DNA of 33,148 nucleotides from Ktedonobacterales bacterium (GTDB lineage: Bacteria > Chloroflexota > Ktedonobacteria > Ktedonobacterales > JADMIN01): positions 1-33,148 of the forward strand of contig DASVAA010000134.1 in NCBI GenBank assembly GCA_036376595.1, read 5' to 3'. The position numbers and the translations under genes are program-made. Below are positions 1-7,999 of the stretch, one piece after another (the stretch's first letter is position 1; every line of letters begins with the position of its first letter). The notes below the pieces were generated by a model. It did not search any database. It was not told where the DNA came from and saw nothing but the letters and a program-made list of their open reading frames with translations.

Positions 1-1347
1 GCGCACCTGGGCATCGGCCAGCACCGCCTTCGCCTGATTGATGTCGTCCATCGTCAGGCCCGGTGTGCTGCTGTCGGCCGCCAGCGCGCCGCCCGAAAGC
101 GGCGTGAGCAGCGTCTGCGCCACCTGGAGGCCCTCGCTGGCGGTGGCCGTCATATCGAAGCCGATGCGCGTGAGCAGCCGGTAATTGCGCATCGTGGAGC
201 TCACCGCTGAGAGCGGCGCACCGGCGATGTTCATCGCGCTGTTGATCTCATAGAGGTCGTGCGTGATGCCGTCTACCTGCGCCTGCGCCTCTTTGAGCGT
301 GCTGGCGTTCAGCAGCGCCGACTGATCGGAGAGCATGCCCTGTAGCGTCTGCGCGCGGCGCAGCGCATCGCTGGCGTCGTACCCCAGCCGCAGGATCGGG
401 ATCAACGGCGCGCAGCAGGTGAGCATGAAGCCCAGCAGAAAGAAGGCAAGCATCGCCGCGGCCGCCGGGCGCGTGCGCAACAGCAGGCGCGCCCGCGCCA
501 GCCGGCTCATGGGCGCATGCACGGCGCCCAGCCGCGCCAGCGTGCTGAGCGACTCCGCCAGCGGATCGCTGCGGCCGTCATCCTCCCAGGCGTCGCGCCC
601 CGGCGACCAGAAGCCGCTGTCTTCCTCCTCGCCAGACTCGCGGCCGTAGTCCAGGCTCGACCCGAAGCCGGTGGCCCAGCCGGTATCCCAGGTGCCGGTC
701 TCCCAGCCGGCGTCCCACTCATCGTCATCCCAGTGCCGTGGCCGGCCGCCACCGCCACCGGCACTCCCACCAGCTCGCCGCCGGTCGCGCTCGTCGTCGC
801 GCGCGTTGCGCGGCGCGGCACGGCGGCTGTCGCGGGCCGGGCGGGTACGAGGATCGTCCATATCCGGCTCGTCGGGCACGTCGAAGGGCACGCGCTCCTC
901 GTGGTCCCACGAGTCGAGCGTGCGCTGATCGAAGTCGGAGGCGCGCCAATCGCCGGATTTGGGGTTGCGCATCGCGCCGGCCGCGCGGCGCACGTTCTCG
1001 CCAAGGCGCCGCGCCTGATCGCCCAGCGCGGTGAACGCATCGCGCAGCATCTCACGGTCGCCGCCACGCCGCGCGCGGGAGAGCAGCCCACCGCCGGAGG
1101 TCGGCGGCACGCCCGGTCCCGACCGGCCGGAGCCAGACCCAGACCGCGGAGCCGAGGGCGCGCGGCGAGGCGATGCACCGCCGTCATCGCCGCCGTTGTA
1201 GCGGCTCAGCAGTCCGCCTCCCTGCCCGTTGCCCCCATTGCCTCCAGCAGGACGCGAGGGGCGCGCGGGGCGCTGATTCTCGCGGGCATCGCGCGAGCTG
1301 CGCGGCGATGCCCCGGCTGGCCGGTTCCGGTTGCTGCCATCGTCCAT
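1..1347 (-). CDS. Hypothetical single-pass membrane protein; the C-terminus runs off the window start. It has a ~280 aa disordered N-terminus rich in G/R/D/W, then a TM helix, then an extracytoplasmic region
   Basis: Manual minus-strand translation from the ATG at 1345-1347 reads MDDGSNRNRPAG...RHWDDDEWDAGWETGTWDTGW...AAAMLAFFLLGFMLTCCAPLIPIL...LGYDASDALRRAQTLQ... with no stop before position 1. A GGAGG-like purine run lies upstream. The ORF track missed it because it has no stop inside the window. Confidence 0.55.
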   Translation of the reverse strand, partial: MDDGSNRNRPAGASPRSSRDARENQRPARPSRPAGGNGGNGQGGGLLSRYNGGDDGGASPRRAPSAPRSGSGSGRSGPGVPPTSGGGLLSRARRGGDREMLRDAFTALGDQARRLGENVRRAAGAMRNPKSGDWRASDFDQRTLDSWDHEERVPFDVPDEPDMDDPRTRPARDSRRAAPRNARDDERDRRRAGGSAGGGGGRPRHWDDDEWDAGWETGTWDTGWATGFGSSLDYGRESGEEEDSGFWSPGRDAWEDDGRSDPLAESLSTLARLGAVHAPMSRLARARLLLRTRPAAAAMLAFFLLGFMLTCCAPLIPILRLGYDASDALRRAQTLQGMLSDQSALLNASTLKEAQAQVDGITHDLYEINSAMNIAGAPLSAVSSTMRNYRLLTRIGFDMTATASEGLQVAQTLLTPLSGGALAADSSTPGLTMDDINQAKAVLADAQVR

Positions 1348-1716
1348 GCTACGCCTGGTCTCTCCCCTCGCCTCCCCACCGCCCGCGGCAGGATTCCGTT
1401 CGATACCTTATCAGCGCAAGAAACGCACCCACCCTAGAGTATGACGCATCCCACACGCGAAATGTGCGGGTCCTGTGGCCCAGATCACACTTCTCATCAG
1501 ATTCTCACACCCCCGGTGGGGCAGCAGTCGGCACGCTATCATGCCCCCACGCGGGCGTCAAGCGCGTGGGACCCAGATGGCGAGCGGGCGGTGCTGTCTC
1601 ACGAGCGCGGGCGGATGTGCTATACTGCGCAGCGGCGACCATCGTCGAGGGCGACGGTTCCCACCGGCAGCGGTTGGCCGGGCGGCGAGCAAGCGAACAG
1701 GTACGAGGAATTGCCC

Positions 1717-2295
1717 ATGCCCACGCGCATCATTATTGCCGAAGACGATACCGTCATCCGCATGGACCTGAAAGACGAGCTGCAGCGCCAGGGCTACCTC
1801 GTCGTCGGCGAGGCCGGTGACGGCCAGAGCGCCGTCAACCTCACCCGCGAGCTGCGCCCCGACCTCGTCGTGATGGACATCCGTATGCCCGAGATGGACG
1901 GCATTAGCGCCGCCGAGGTGCTGACGCGCGAGAAGCTCGCCCCGACCGTGCTGCTCACCGCCTTCAGCGACGAAGAGCTGATCGAGCGCGCCCGCAACGC
2001 GGGCGTCGTCCACTACGTCACCAAACCGTGGCGCTCCAGCGACCTCAAGCCGGCGATCGAGATTGCGCTGGCGCGCTTCAAAGAATTCCGCGCCATGGAA
2101 ACCAAGGCTAAAAGCCTGGAAGACCAGCTCGAGACGCGCAAGGTGGTCGAGAAGGCCAAGGGCGTGCTGATGCAGAAGCACGGCATCAGCGAGAACGACG
2201 CCTTCCATCGCATCCAGCGCGCGAGCATGAACAATCGCAAGTCCATGAAAGAGATCGCTGAGGCGATCCTGCTCGCCGAGGAGCTTCACGCCTAG
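1717..2295 (+). CDS. pdtaR: ANTAR-domain response regulator (receiver + ANTAR RNA-binding domain), PdtaR-like
   Basis: MPTRIIIAEDDTVIRMDL...GEAGDGQ...PDLVVMDIRMP...LTAFS...YVTKP...LETRKVVEKAKGVLMQKHGISENDAFHRIQRASMNNRKSMKEIAEAIL is a receiver domain (acidic pocket DD, D56-equivalent in VVMD) followed by an ANTAR helix bundle. It resembles mycobacterial PdtaR closely. ATG at 1717 is preceded by GAGGAA. Confidence 0.85.
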   Translation: MPTRIIIAEDDTVIRMDLKDELQRQGYLVVGEAGDGQSAVNLTRELRPDLVVMDIRMPEMDGISAAEVLTREKLAPTVLLTAFSDEELIERARNAGVVHYVTKPWRSSDLKPAIEIALARFKEFRAMETKAKSLEDQLETRKVVEKAKGVLMQKHGISENDAFHRIQRASMNNRKSMKEIAEAILLAEELHA

Positions 2296-2340
2296 GGTCC
2301 TCACTCCCGGCCCCTCTCCTGTGCGCAGGCGAGGGGTGGG
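2296..2340 (+). repeat. REP-like GC-rich palindromic element (family GGGTCCTCACYCCCGGCCCCTCTCC-N-GGCGAGGGG) at the pdtaR 3' end
   Basis: GGGTCCTCACTCCCGGCCCCTCTCCTGTGCGCAGGCGAGGGG begins 1 nt after the TAG stop. Further copies are at 7012-7045, 7152-7199(−), 29981-30025, 31388-31430 and 31745-31786(−). Confidence 0.65.
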
Positions 2341-2381
2341 CAGAGGTCGAGTGGACGAGCACTAGCCTAGAGAAGCCAGCC

Positions 2382-3371
2382 ATGTCATCTCCCGCCGCAC
2401 CTGCCAGCGCCCAGCCTCGGACCACGGACGGCGTCCTTGCTGCAGGCATCCGCTTCCGCCCGACCAGCCGCATCACCTACTATGCGCCCGCCGGCTTCCA
2501 GCTCAACACCGGCCAGTGGGTGATTGTCGAGGGCACGAAAGGCCTGGAGTGCGGGCGGGTAGTGATCGCACCCAAGCACGTCGAGCGGGCGGAGCTGCCC
2601 TCCGACGGACTCAAGCCGATCCAGCGTCTCGCCTCGGAGGACGACCTGCGCCACATGCTGGCCTACAAGGCGAAGGAGAAGGACGCTCTGCGCCGCTGCG
2701 CCGAGCGCATCGAGCACCACGAGCTGCCGATGAAGCTGGTCGAGGCCGAATACACCTACGACGGCAGCCGCCTCACGTTCTACTTCACCGCCGAGCAGCG
2801 CGTAGACTTTCGCGCGCTGGTGCGCGACCTCGCTTCGCTCTTCCACACCCGCATCGAGCTGCGCCAGATCGGCGCCCGCGACCACGCGAAGATCCTGGGC
2901 GGCGTCGGCGTCTGCGGCAAGACGCTATGCTGCAGCTCGTGGCTCACCGAATTCAACGTCGTCTCGATCAAGATGGCGAAGGAGCAGGGGCTGCCGCTCA
3001 ACACCAACAAGATTTCGGGTGTCTGCGGGCGGCTGATGTGCTGTCTGGCGTATGAGAACGACGACTACATCGCCGCCAAAGCCGAGATGCCCGGCCTGGG
3101 CGAGATCCTCATGACCCCCGCAGGCGCCGGGCGCGTCATCGGCCTCAACATCCCGCGCGAGTCGGTCGAGGTGATGCTGGAGAGCGGCGCCATCATCACC
3201 CAGCCGGTCAAGGAGCTGCCCGGCTACGACAAGCCGCCCGCCCCGCGCCCAACGCACAACGGCGAGGGCTGCGGCAAGCCCAACTGCGGCCGCAACAAGC
3301 ACCGCATGCCCACGCCGCCCGGCGAGCACGCCGAGACCCGCTCGCAGCAGCTCCCCGGCATGCTCAGTTAA
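2382..3371 (+). CDS. PSP1 C-terminal domain protein (RicT/YaaT-like)
   Basis: A conserved PSP1 core (…IVEGTKGLECGRVV…YTYDGSRLTFYFTAEQRVDFRALVRDLASLFHTRIELRQIGARD…GVCGKTLCCSSWL…GVCGRLMCCL) with the Cys-rich motifs typical of YaaT/RicT, followed by a Pro-rich tail. Confidence 0.8.
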   Translation: MSSPAAPASAQPRTTDGVLAAGIRFRPTSRITYYAPAGFQLNTGQWVIVEGTKGLECGRVVIAPKHVERAELPSDGLKPIQRLASEDDLRHMLAYKAKEKDALRRCAERIEHHELPMKLVEAEYTYDGSRLTFYFTAEQRVDFRALVRDLASLFHTRIELRQIGARDHAKILGGVGVCGKTLCCSSWLTEFNVVSIKMAKEQGLPLNTNKISGVCGRLMCCLAYENDDYIAAKAEMPGLGEILMTPAGAGRVIGLNIPRESVEVMLESGAIITQPVKELPGYDKPPAPRPTHNGEGCGKPNCGRNKHRMPTPPGEHAETRSQQLPGMLS

Positions 3372-3375
3372 GCCT

Positions 3376-5055
3376 GTGTCGCGGGGGCGTCCCGTGTGGC
3401 CCAAAAGATGCACTGCGCCTGGCATGAACGCCGATTCCACACGGTACTCTTCCACCATGGGGAACGCTGACAACTCCGATACCTCCCACGCACAGCAACC
3501 GCGTCCGTGGCACCCAGCGCTCGAAAGCGCGCGGGCCGCGTTTGGTGCCTTGCGCTCTGCCGCCGCGCGCCGCCCGGGTGATTCGCCCGCGGACCAGGAG
3601 TCGGCCGGGGCGCCGCCTGACGCCGAGCCGGTGACGGTGATCCCGGCGGCTGGTGCGCGGCCCGCTCATGCCCATACTTTCGCCAATCAGTGGCACACCT
3701 GGCGCGGCCGCCTTGCGCAGGCCAGCCGCCGGCTCACGCCCCCAAGACCGCGACGGCAACAGACGCCTGGAGTGCCGTTGCTGCCCGCGCCGTGGTTTCG
3801 GGCGGCGCGCCGCTGGTCGCCGGGGCTCATCCCTCCGGCGCTGGCGCTGGCGCTGCTCGGCGTGCTGGCGCTAGTGGGCCATCTCACCGGACGCGGCTCT
3901 GGTATCCTGCCGCCCGCCCAGATTCTGCCGCTGGCCCTGATCTACCTGATCGGCGGCACGATCTACGGCATCGCCCTCTACTACGCGCCCACCAACAACA
4001 TCTGGCTGGCCGTGTTCGGTGGCGGCGCCGCGCTCTACCTGCTGGCCACGCTGTGGGTGCTGGCTGGGCCGATTGCCGTGGCCGCGGTTGCCGTGCTGCT
4101 GTGCGTCCCGGTTTACTTCTACGTGCGCCGCCGCCGGCATACCGTCCCCGCCGGGCAGGCCGCGGTGACGACCCTTGCCGGCGGCTACCATCGCACGCTG
4201 GGCCCCGGCACCACCGTGCTGATCCCTGGTGAGCACACTCTGGCAACGGTGGATACCAGCGACCGCCAGGTTGACGTGCCGACTCAGCGCGTGCGCGTGT
4301 CCGATCCTGACGGCGAGGGATTCGTGGCACGCGCCGCCGCAGCGCTCGCCTACCACGTCACCCCCGGCCAGGCGCATCTCGCCGCGCTGGCCGCCGATAC
4401 CTGGGAGGCAGACCTGGAGCAGCACGCCGAAGCAGCTTTGCGGGCAGCTCTGGGTGAGTGGGGCCATCGCCTGCTCGACGGCGAAGAGCTGCCGGAGCGC
4501 TTCCTCGCTCGCAACGCGCTGGACGACCTGCGCCCCCGCGTGCGGGATGACGGCGTGACCATCTTGTGGGTCAACGTCCGCGACATCTGGCTTACCCCAG
4601 AGAGCGAAGTGATCCCCGTCAACGAGTGGAATGATGCGGCTTCCTCCGCTCGCGACGCTCACGACGAGGAGGGAAGCGCGTCCTACGAAGCGACGCGGCC
4701 CGACTCCGCTGGCATGCGCCCAGACGACCCGGCGCCGCACCCACGTCCCGCCTCGGCGGCGGCCGCGCTGCCCGCGATCGACGACGCCCAGTCGCTCTAC
4801 GGTTCGTCAGAGCCTCTGGAGCGCGAGACGCTCAACCCCGACGCCCTGGCCGACGCCTATGAAGCCGTGCGCGACGGTCACATCGCGGACCCTGAGACGA
4901 TTCGCGAGATCGCCCGCGCCTTCCTGGCCGTCGCCCACGATGCGGAGCTGGTTGAGGACTTCCCTTACGACGCCGTCGGCGCCGCGCAGATTCTCATGGA
5001 GCGCGCGACGGCACTGGAGCGCGCGGGCACGGGCCGCGGCAATCAGCAACACTAA
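3376..5055 (+). CDS. Hypothetical membrane protein (about 4 TM helices) with a divergent SPFH/band-7-like region and an acidic disordered C-terminus; the start codon is uncertain (GTG 3376 or a downstream ATG)
   Basis: A hydrophobic block (LIPPALALALLGVLALVGHL…ILPLALIYLIGGTIYGIALYY…LYLLATLWVLAGPIAVAAVAVLLCVPVYFYV) is followed by VTTLAGGYHRTLGPGTTVLIPGEHTLATVDTSDRQVDVPTQRVRVSDPDGEGFVARAAAALAYHV…LRAALGEW…DDGVTILWVNVRDI, which follows the stomatin/prohibitin β-α pattern. No clear SD precedes any candidate start. Confidence 0.5.
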   Translation: MSRGRPVWPKRCTAPGMNADSTRYSSTMGNADNSDTSHAQQPRPWHPALESARAAFGALRSAAARRPGDSPADQESAGAPPDAEPVTVIPAAGARPAHAHTFANQWHTWRGRLAQASRRLTPPRPRRQQTPGVPLLPAPWFRAARRWSPGLIPPALALALLGVLALVGHLTGRGSGILPPAQILPLALIYLIGGTIYGIALYYAPTNNIWLAVFGGGAALYLLATLWVLAGPIAVAAVAVLLCVPVYFYVRRRRHTVPAGQAAVTTLAGGYHRTLGPGTTVLIPGEHTLATVDTSDRQVDVPTQRVRVSDPDGEGFVARAAAALAYHVTPGQAHLAALAADTWEADLEQHAEAALRAALGEWGHRLLDGEELPERFLARNALDDLRPRVRDDGVTILWVNVRDIWLTPESEVIPVNEWNDAASSARDAHDEEGSASYEATRPDSAGMRPDDPAPHPRPASAAAALPAIDDAQSLYGSSEPLERETLNPDALADAYEAVRDGHIADPETIREIARAFLAVAHDAELVEDFPYDAVGAAQILMERATALERAGTGRGNQQH

Positions 5056-5202
5056 CCCGGATTCTTCGCCCACTTGACGCCAATAGGGGGCGTGGTGGTC
5101 GAGGCATGCACGCGGGCACATCCGCATCGTCTGAGGGTGTGGTACATCCGAGGGTGGCTACTTGGCGATACCGCAACGTAAAATTGCCGCAAAGTTTCGC
5201 TG

Positions 5203-6213
5203 TCACACGCCGGGCGGCTTGCTCGTGAAGAGGTAGATCTTCAGCTCGACCTGACTCGGCGCCAGGTCCGGGTCGTAGAAGTCTATAGGCACGGCCTGCT
5301 GGAAGACGAAGCCGCGCGCCCCGAGCGCGAAGATCACCTCCTCGTCGAAGGCATGCGCCACATCCAGCGCATACGCTGTCTGCCGCGGCGAGGCGAGGCC
5401 GACTGTTGTGAAGTAGTCGAATGCGTAGCGGCCGCGCAGCGCCGCCATCTGGCGTACCTGTGCCTGCGCGGCATTAATTGCCGCGGGATCGCCGGAGAGC
5501 AGGCCGCGCGGATCCACGGTGATGATCGCCTCCACCGGCGCGGGATCAATTGCCGGCATCGTCACCGGCGTCGGCGTGGGACGACCCAACAGGCCACCTG
5601 GCCTCCCAAGCGCCAGCACCCCCGCGAGCGCCACCACGATCGCCAGCACCGCCGCCAGCTCGGCCAGACGTAGCCGGCTGTGCGGAGACTCTGCGCGGTG
5701 TGTCCGGCCCTGGCGACTGAGCGTGGCGGCTATTCGGCGGCGCAGCGGCGAGACGCCCACGCGGCGGATCGCCGCCACGACCGCGGCCATATCGGCGGCG
5801 AAGTCGGGATTGTGCCGCACGCGCAGGGCATTGATCCCCGCCAGCTCGCGCAGGCCCCAGGGCAGTTGCTCCATGGTCGGCATGCGCGCGCCATCCACCA
5901 GCAGCGGGACAACCGGCGTGCCGACCGAGAAAGCGGTTTCGATCTCGACACGCACCGAATCATCTTCCTGGTCAATGCGGCGCTCGCCGCCTGGGTCGCG
6001 GGCCTCCAGCCAGCGCGGACCGATCACCACCACCTGCACGTTGGAGCCGCGAATTGCCTGAGCGATGTGGCGCCGAAAGTCGGTGCCGGCGGGAATCGAA
6101 AGCACGTCCTGAAACACCGAGCGCCGGCCAAACGCCCGTGCAATCCAGTCTACGATGCGCTCAGTGGTCGGCGCGCTGTCGTCGCGCCGGTACGAGACGA
6201 AGATGCGCGTCAT
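5203..6213 (-). CDS. TIR-domain protein with a single TM helix and a ~130 aa extracytoplasmic C-terminal domain (TIR-TM-sensor architecture)
   Basis: The N-terminus MTRIFVSYRRDDS…IAQAIRGSNVQVVVIGPRWL…DDSVRVEIETAF…VVPLLVDG matches the TIR (TIR_2-like) βA motif and retains the Glu position. A TM segment (LAELAAVLAIVVALAGVLALG) and a C-terminal domain of unknown fold follow. ATG at 6211-6213 has GGAGG 7 nt upstream, 45 nt downstream of the recX stop on the same strand. Confidence 0.75.
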   Translation of the reverse strand: MTRIFVSYRRDDSAPTTERIVDWIARAFGRRSVFQDVLSIPAGTDFRRHIAQAIRGSNVQVVVIGPRWLEARDPGGERRIDQEDDSVRVEIETAFSVGTPVVPLLVDGARMPTMEQLPWGLRELAGINALRVRHNPDFAADMAAVVAAIRRVGVSPLRRRIAATLSRQGRTHRAESPHSRLRLAELAAVLAIVVALAGVLALGRPGGLLGRPTPTPVTMPAIDPAPVEAIITVDPRGLLSGDPAAINAAQAQVRQMAALRGRYAFDYFTTVGLASPRQTAYALDVAHAFDEEVIFALGARGFVFQQAVPIDFYDPDLAPSQVELKIYLFTSKPPGV

Positions 6214-6258
6214 CCGGCCCCTCCACCCACGGTCGCCGCAAGCCCATTCTGCTTCCAC

Positions 6259-6969
6259 CTACCATACGTCGCCGCTGGGGTCGCCGCTCACATCCTCGTC
6301 TTGATCCTCATCGCCTGCCACGGCATCCATACCCTCGTGCGTCTCGTCCCACAAGCGCCGCACTGCCTCGCGCGCCACCTCGTAGCTGAAGCCACGGCGC
6401 AGCAGGAATGGCCCCAGCTTGGCGCGGAAACCCGCGAAGTCGAGGCTCGCGACCGAGCGCAGTCGCTGGCGCCCCGCGGCGAGGGCACGCTCTTCGTCCA
6501 GCTCTGGCGTCGTGGCCTCCTCAACCGTCTCGCGGCTCACTCCTCGCTGCCGCAGCTCCTGCGCGATGGCGCGCGACCCGCGCGGACTGAACCGGTCGCG
6601 GTTCTCGACCCAGAAGGCGGCGAATTGTTGGTCGTCGAGAAGCCCCTGCTCCTGGAGTCGATCCAGCACGTGATCGACCGCCTCCGCCGCGGGCGCCTCG
6701 CGATTGCGGCGCGGCGCCAGCAGGCGGCGGCGCACCTCGGCACGACTGCGCGGGCGCGGCGCGAGGAAGCGCAGCGCCGCATCCCACAACCGGCGCTCGC
6801 CCTCGGTCTGGCGCAGGCGCTCAACGTCCGCCTCGCTCAGCTCCATGCCGACGTAAAGGCCAGCGGCGACCACCGCGGCACCATCCAGGCCGAGCGCGTA
6901 GCGCCCATCCAGATGCAGACTGTAGCGGTCGGGACGCTTTTCCTGCGGTTCGATCGCGGTGATACGCAT
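6259..6969 (-). CDS. recX: RecX (RecA regulatory protein)
   Basis: …ALRFLAPRPRSRAEVRRRL…LDDQQFAAFWVENRDRFSPRGSRAIAQELRQRGVSRETVEEA…FLLRRGFSYEVAREAV shows the three-repeat RecX helical pattern, including LDDxxFAxxxV…G.R.I.QEL..+G+. No recA lies upstream in this window. Confidence 0.8.
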   Translation of the reverse strand: MRITAIEPQEKRPDRYSLHLDGRYALGLDGAAVVAAGLYVGMELSEADVERLRQTEGERRLWDAALRFLAPRPRSRAEVRRRLLAPRRNREAPAAEAVDHVLDRLQEQGLLDDQQFAAFWVENRDRFSPRGSRAIAQELRQRGVSRETVEEATTPELDEERALAAGRQRLRSVASLDFAGFRAKLGPFLLRRGFSYEVAREAVRRLWDETHEGMDAVAGDEDQDEDVSGDPSGDVW

Positions 6970-7011
6970 CGTGTGGTCGTCCTTCGGTGAAGAGCGTGCG
7001 GCGCGCGAAGA

Positions 7012-7045
7012 GGGTCCTCAGCCCCTCTCCGTGCGCGGAGAGGGG
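7012..7045 (+). repeat. REP-like element copy (GGGTCCTCAGCCCCTCTCCGTGCGCGGAGAGGGG) in the recX upstream region
   Basis: Read directly; 9-bp perfect arms CCCCTCTCC/GGAGAGGGG. Confidence 0.6.
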
Positions 7046-7151
7046 ATTTGCGCGACTCTGCAAACTGATCTTGAGTTTATGGCAGTCGTCAAAGGTCATT
7101 CGACCCCTCGCGATAGGGGCGTTACCAGATGTCCGCGCGAGATCGTTTCGC

Positions 7152-7199
7152 TCCCCCTCGCCTCCGCGGAGGCGAGGGGGTCAGGGAGTGAGGCTCCCT
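7152..7199 (-). repeat. REP-like element copy in inverted orientation at the 3' end of the DUF4870-like gene
   Basis: The minus strand reads GGGAGCCTCACTCCCTGACCCCCTCGCCTCCGCGGAGGCGAGGGGG; 13-bp perfect arms. Confidence 0.6.
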
Positions 7200-7968
7200 A
7201 CGTGTCCTGTCGATCATTCCGTCCGCGGCCGAGCACGGCGGCAACGCGGTCAAGCCCGCGCAGCAGGCGTCGCGCCAGCGGAGTTACCAGCGGCAGCGAG
7301 GCAACGTGGCCCGCCAATGCCGCCCTGACCAGATGCGTCCAGGCGAAGAAGCTCAGCGCCGCGAGCGCCAGCCAGCCGAGCGCGAAGACCACCGCAAGCA
7401 GCGTGGCCGTCCGGACGCTGGTGGTCAGACCGCCCGCCAGCACCAGCAGGGCGAAGATCAGGACCTGCGCCAGCGCCAGCACCGCGAAGAAGACCAGCGA
7501 TTGGGCCGCGTGGGCGCGCACGAAGCGATTGCGCCGCTCGCGCAACAGCAGCGCCACCGCCGGCAGCAGCGGCACCGCATACGCCAGCGCACCCAGCAGC
7601 CGCGGATTGCGCCGCCGCTCGATGCGCAGCGCCAGTCCGGTCGTGCCCACGCCGCCCATACCACGCGTGCCGCCGCGTGTAGTGGCCAGTCCGTCCGCAC
7701 GTCGCCCATCGGCACGCACGGCTGCCCCACGGCTTGCCGCCGCAACGTCGTCGCGCCCATGGTCCAGCGGTGGCGTCACGGCCCGACGCCTAGAGGCGCC
7801 TTCGAGTGAGGCAGGAGACCCCGCGGAGAGCGGAGCTGGCAAGCCCGCCGCGGGCGCGTGCAGCGGTGGAGCGCTCGCCAATTTGTGGGCGGCATTGGCC
7901 GCATCAGTCCCCGTTCGGTGCTCCAACGGCGGCAGTGTAGGGGCGGCGCTCCCCTCCGCCGCGGACAT
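7198..7968 (-). CDS. Membrane protein with a Pro/Ala-rich N-terminus and a DUF4870-like 3-TM C-terminal domain; start is at 7968 or 8052
   Basis: RNPRLLGALAYAVPLLPAVALLLRERRNRFVRAHAAQSLVFFAVLALAQVLIFALLVLAGG…, i.e. the NR(F/Y)VRFHAxQ signature shared with the next gene. The alternative start at 8052 would overlap the upstream gene by 52 nt. Confidence 0.55.
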   Translation of the reverse strand: MSAAEGSAAPTLPPLEHRTGTDAANAAHKLASAPPLHAPAAGLPAPLSAGSPASLEGASRRRAVTPPLDHGRDDVAAASRGAAVRADGRRADGLATTRGGTRGMGGVGTTGLALRIERRRNPRLLGALAYAVPLLPAVALLLRERRNRFVRAHAAQSLVFFAVLALAQVLIFALLVLAGGLTTSVRTATLLAVVFALGWLALAALSFFAWTHLVRAALAGHVASLPLVTPLARRLLRGLDRVAAVLGRGRNDRQDT

Positions 7969-7999
7969 AGGCTTCTGGGGCTGGGCGCCGGGGGCGCCG

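Noticed and set aside
507-1437. Long Arg/Ala/Pro-rich track ORFs on both strands (517-1437 +, 507-1187 −, 671-928 +, etc.)
   Set aside because: They are shadow frames of the real minus-strand gene 1-1347, whose translation shows TM and structured segments; they are typical GC-rich spurious ORFs
6970-7197. LexA/SOS (Cheo-type GAAC-N4-GTTC) box upstream of recX
   Set aside because: No such motif is present. Only an AAACT-N7-AGTTT dyad (7071-7087) exists, which does not match known LexA consensus sequences
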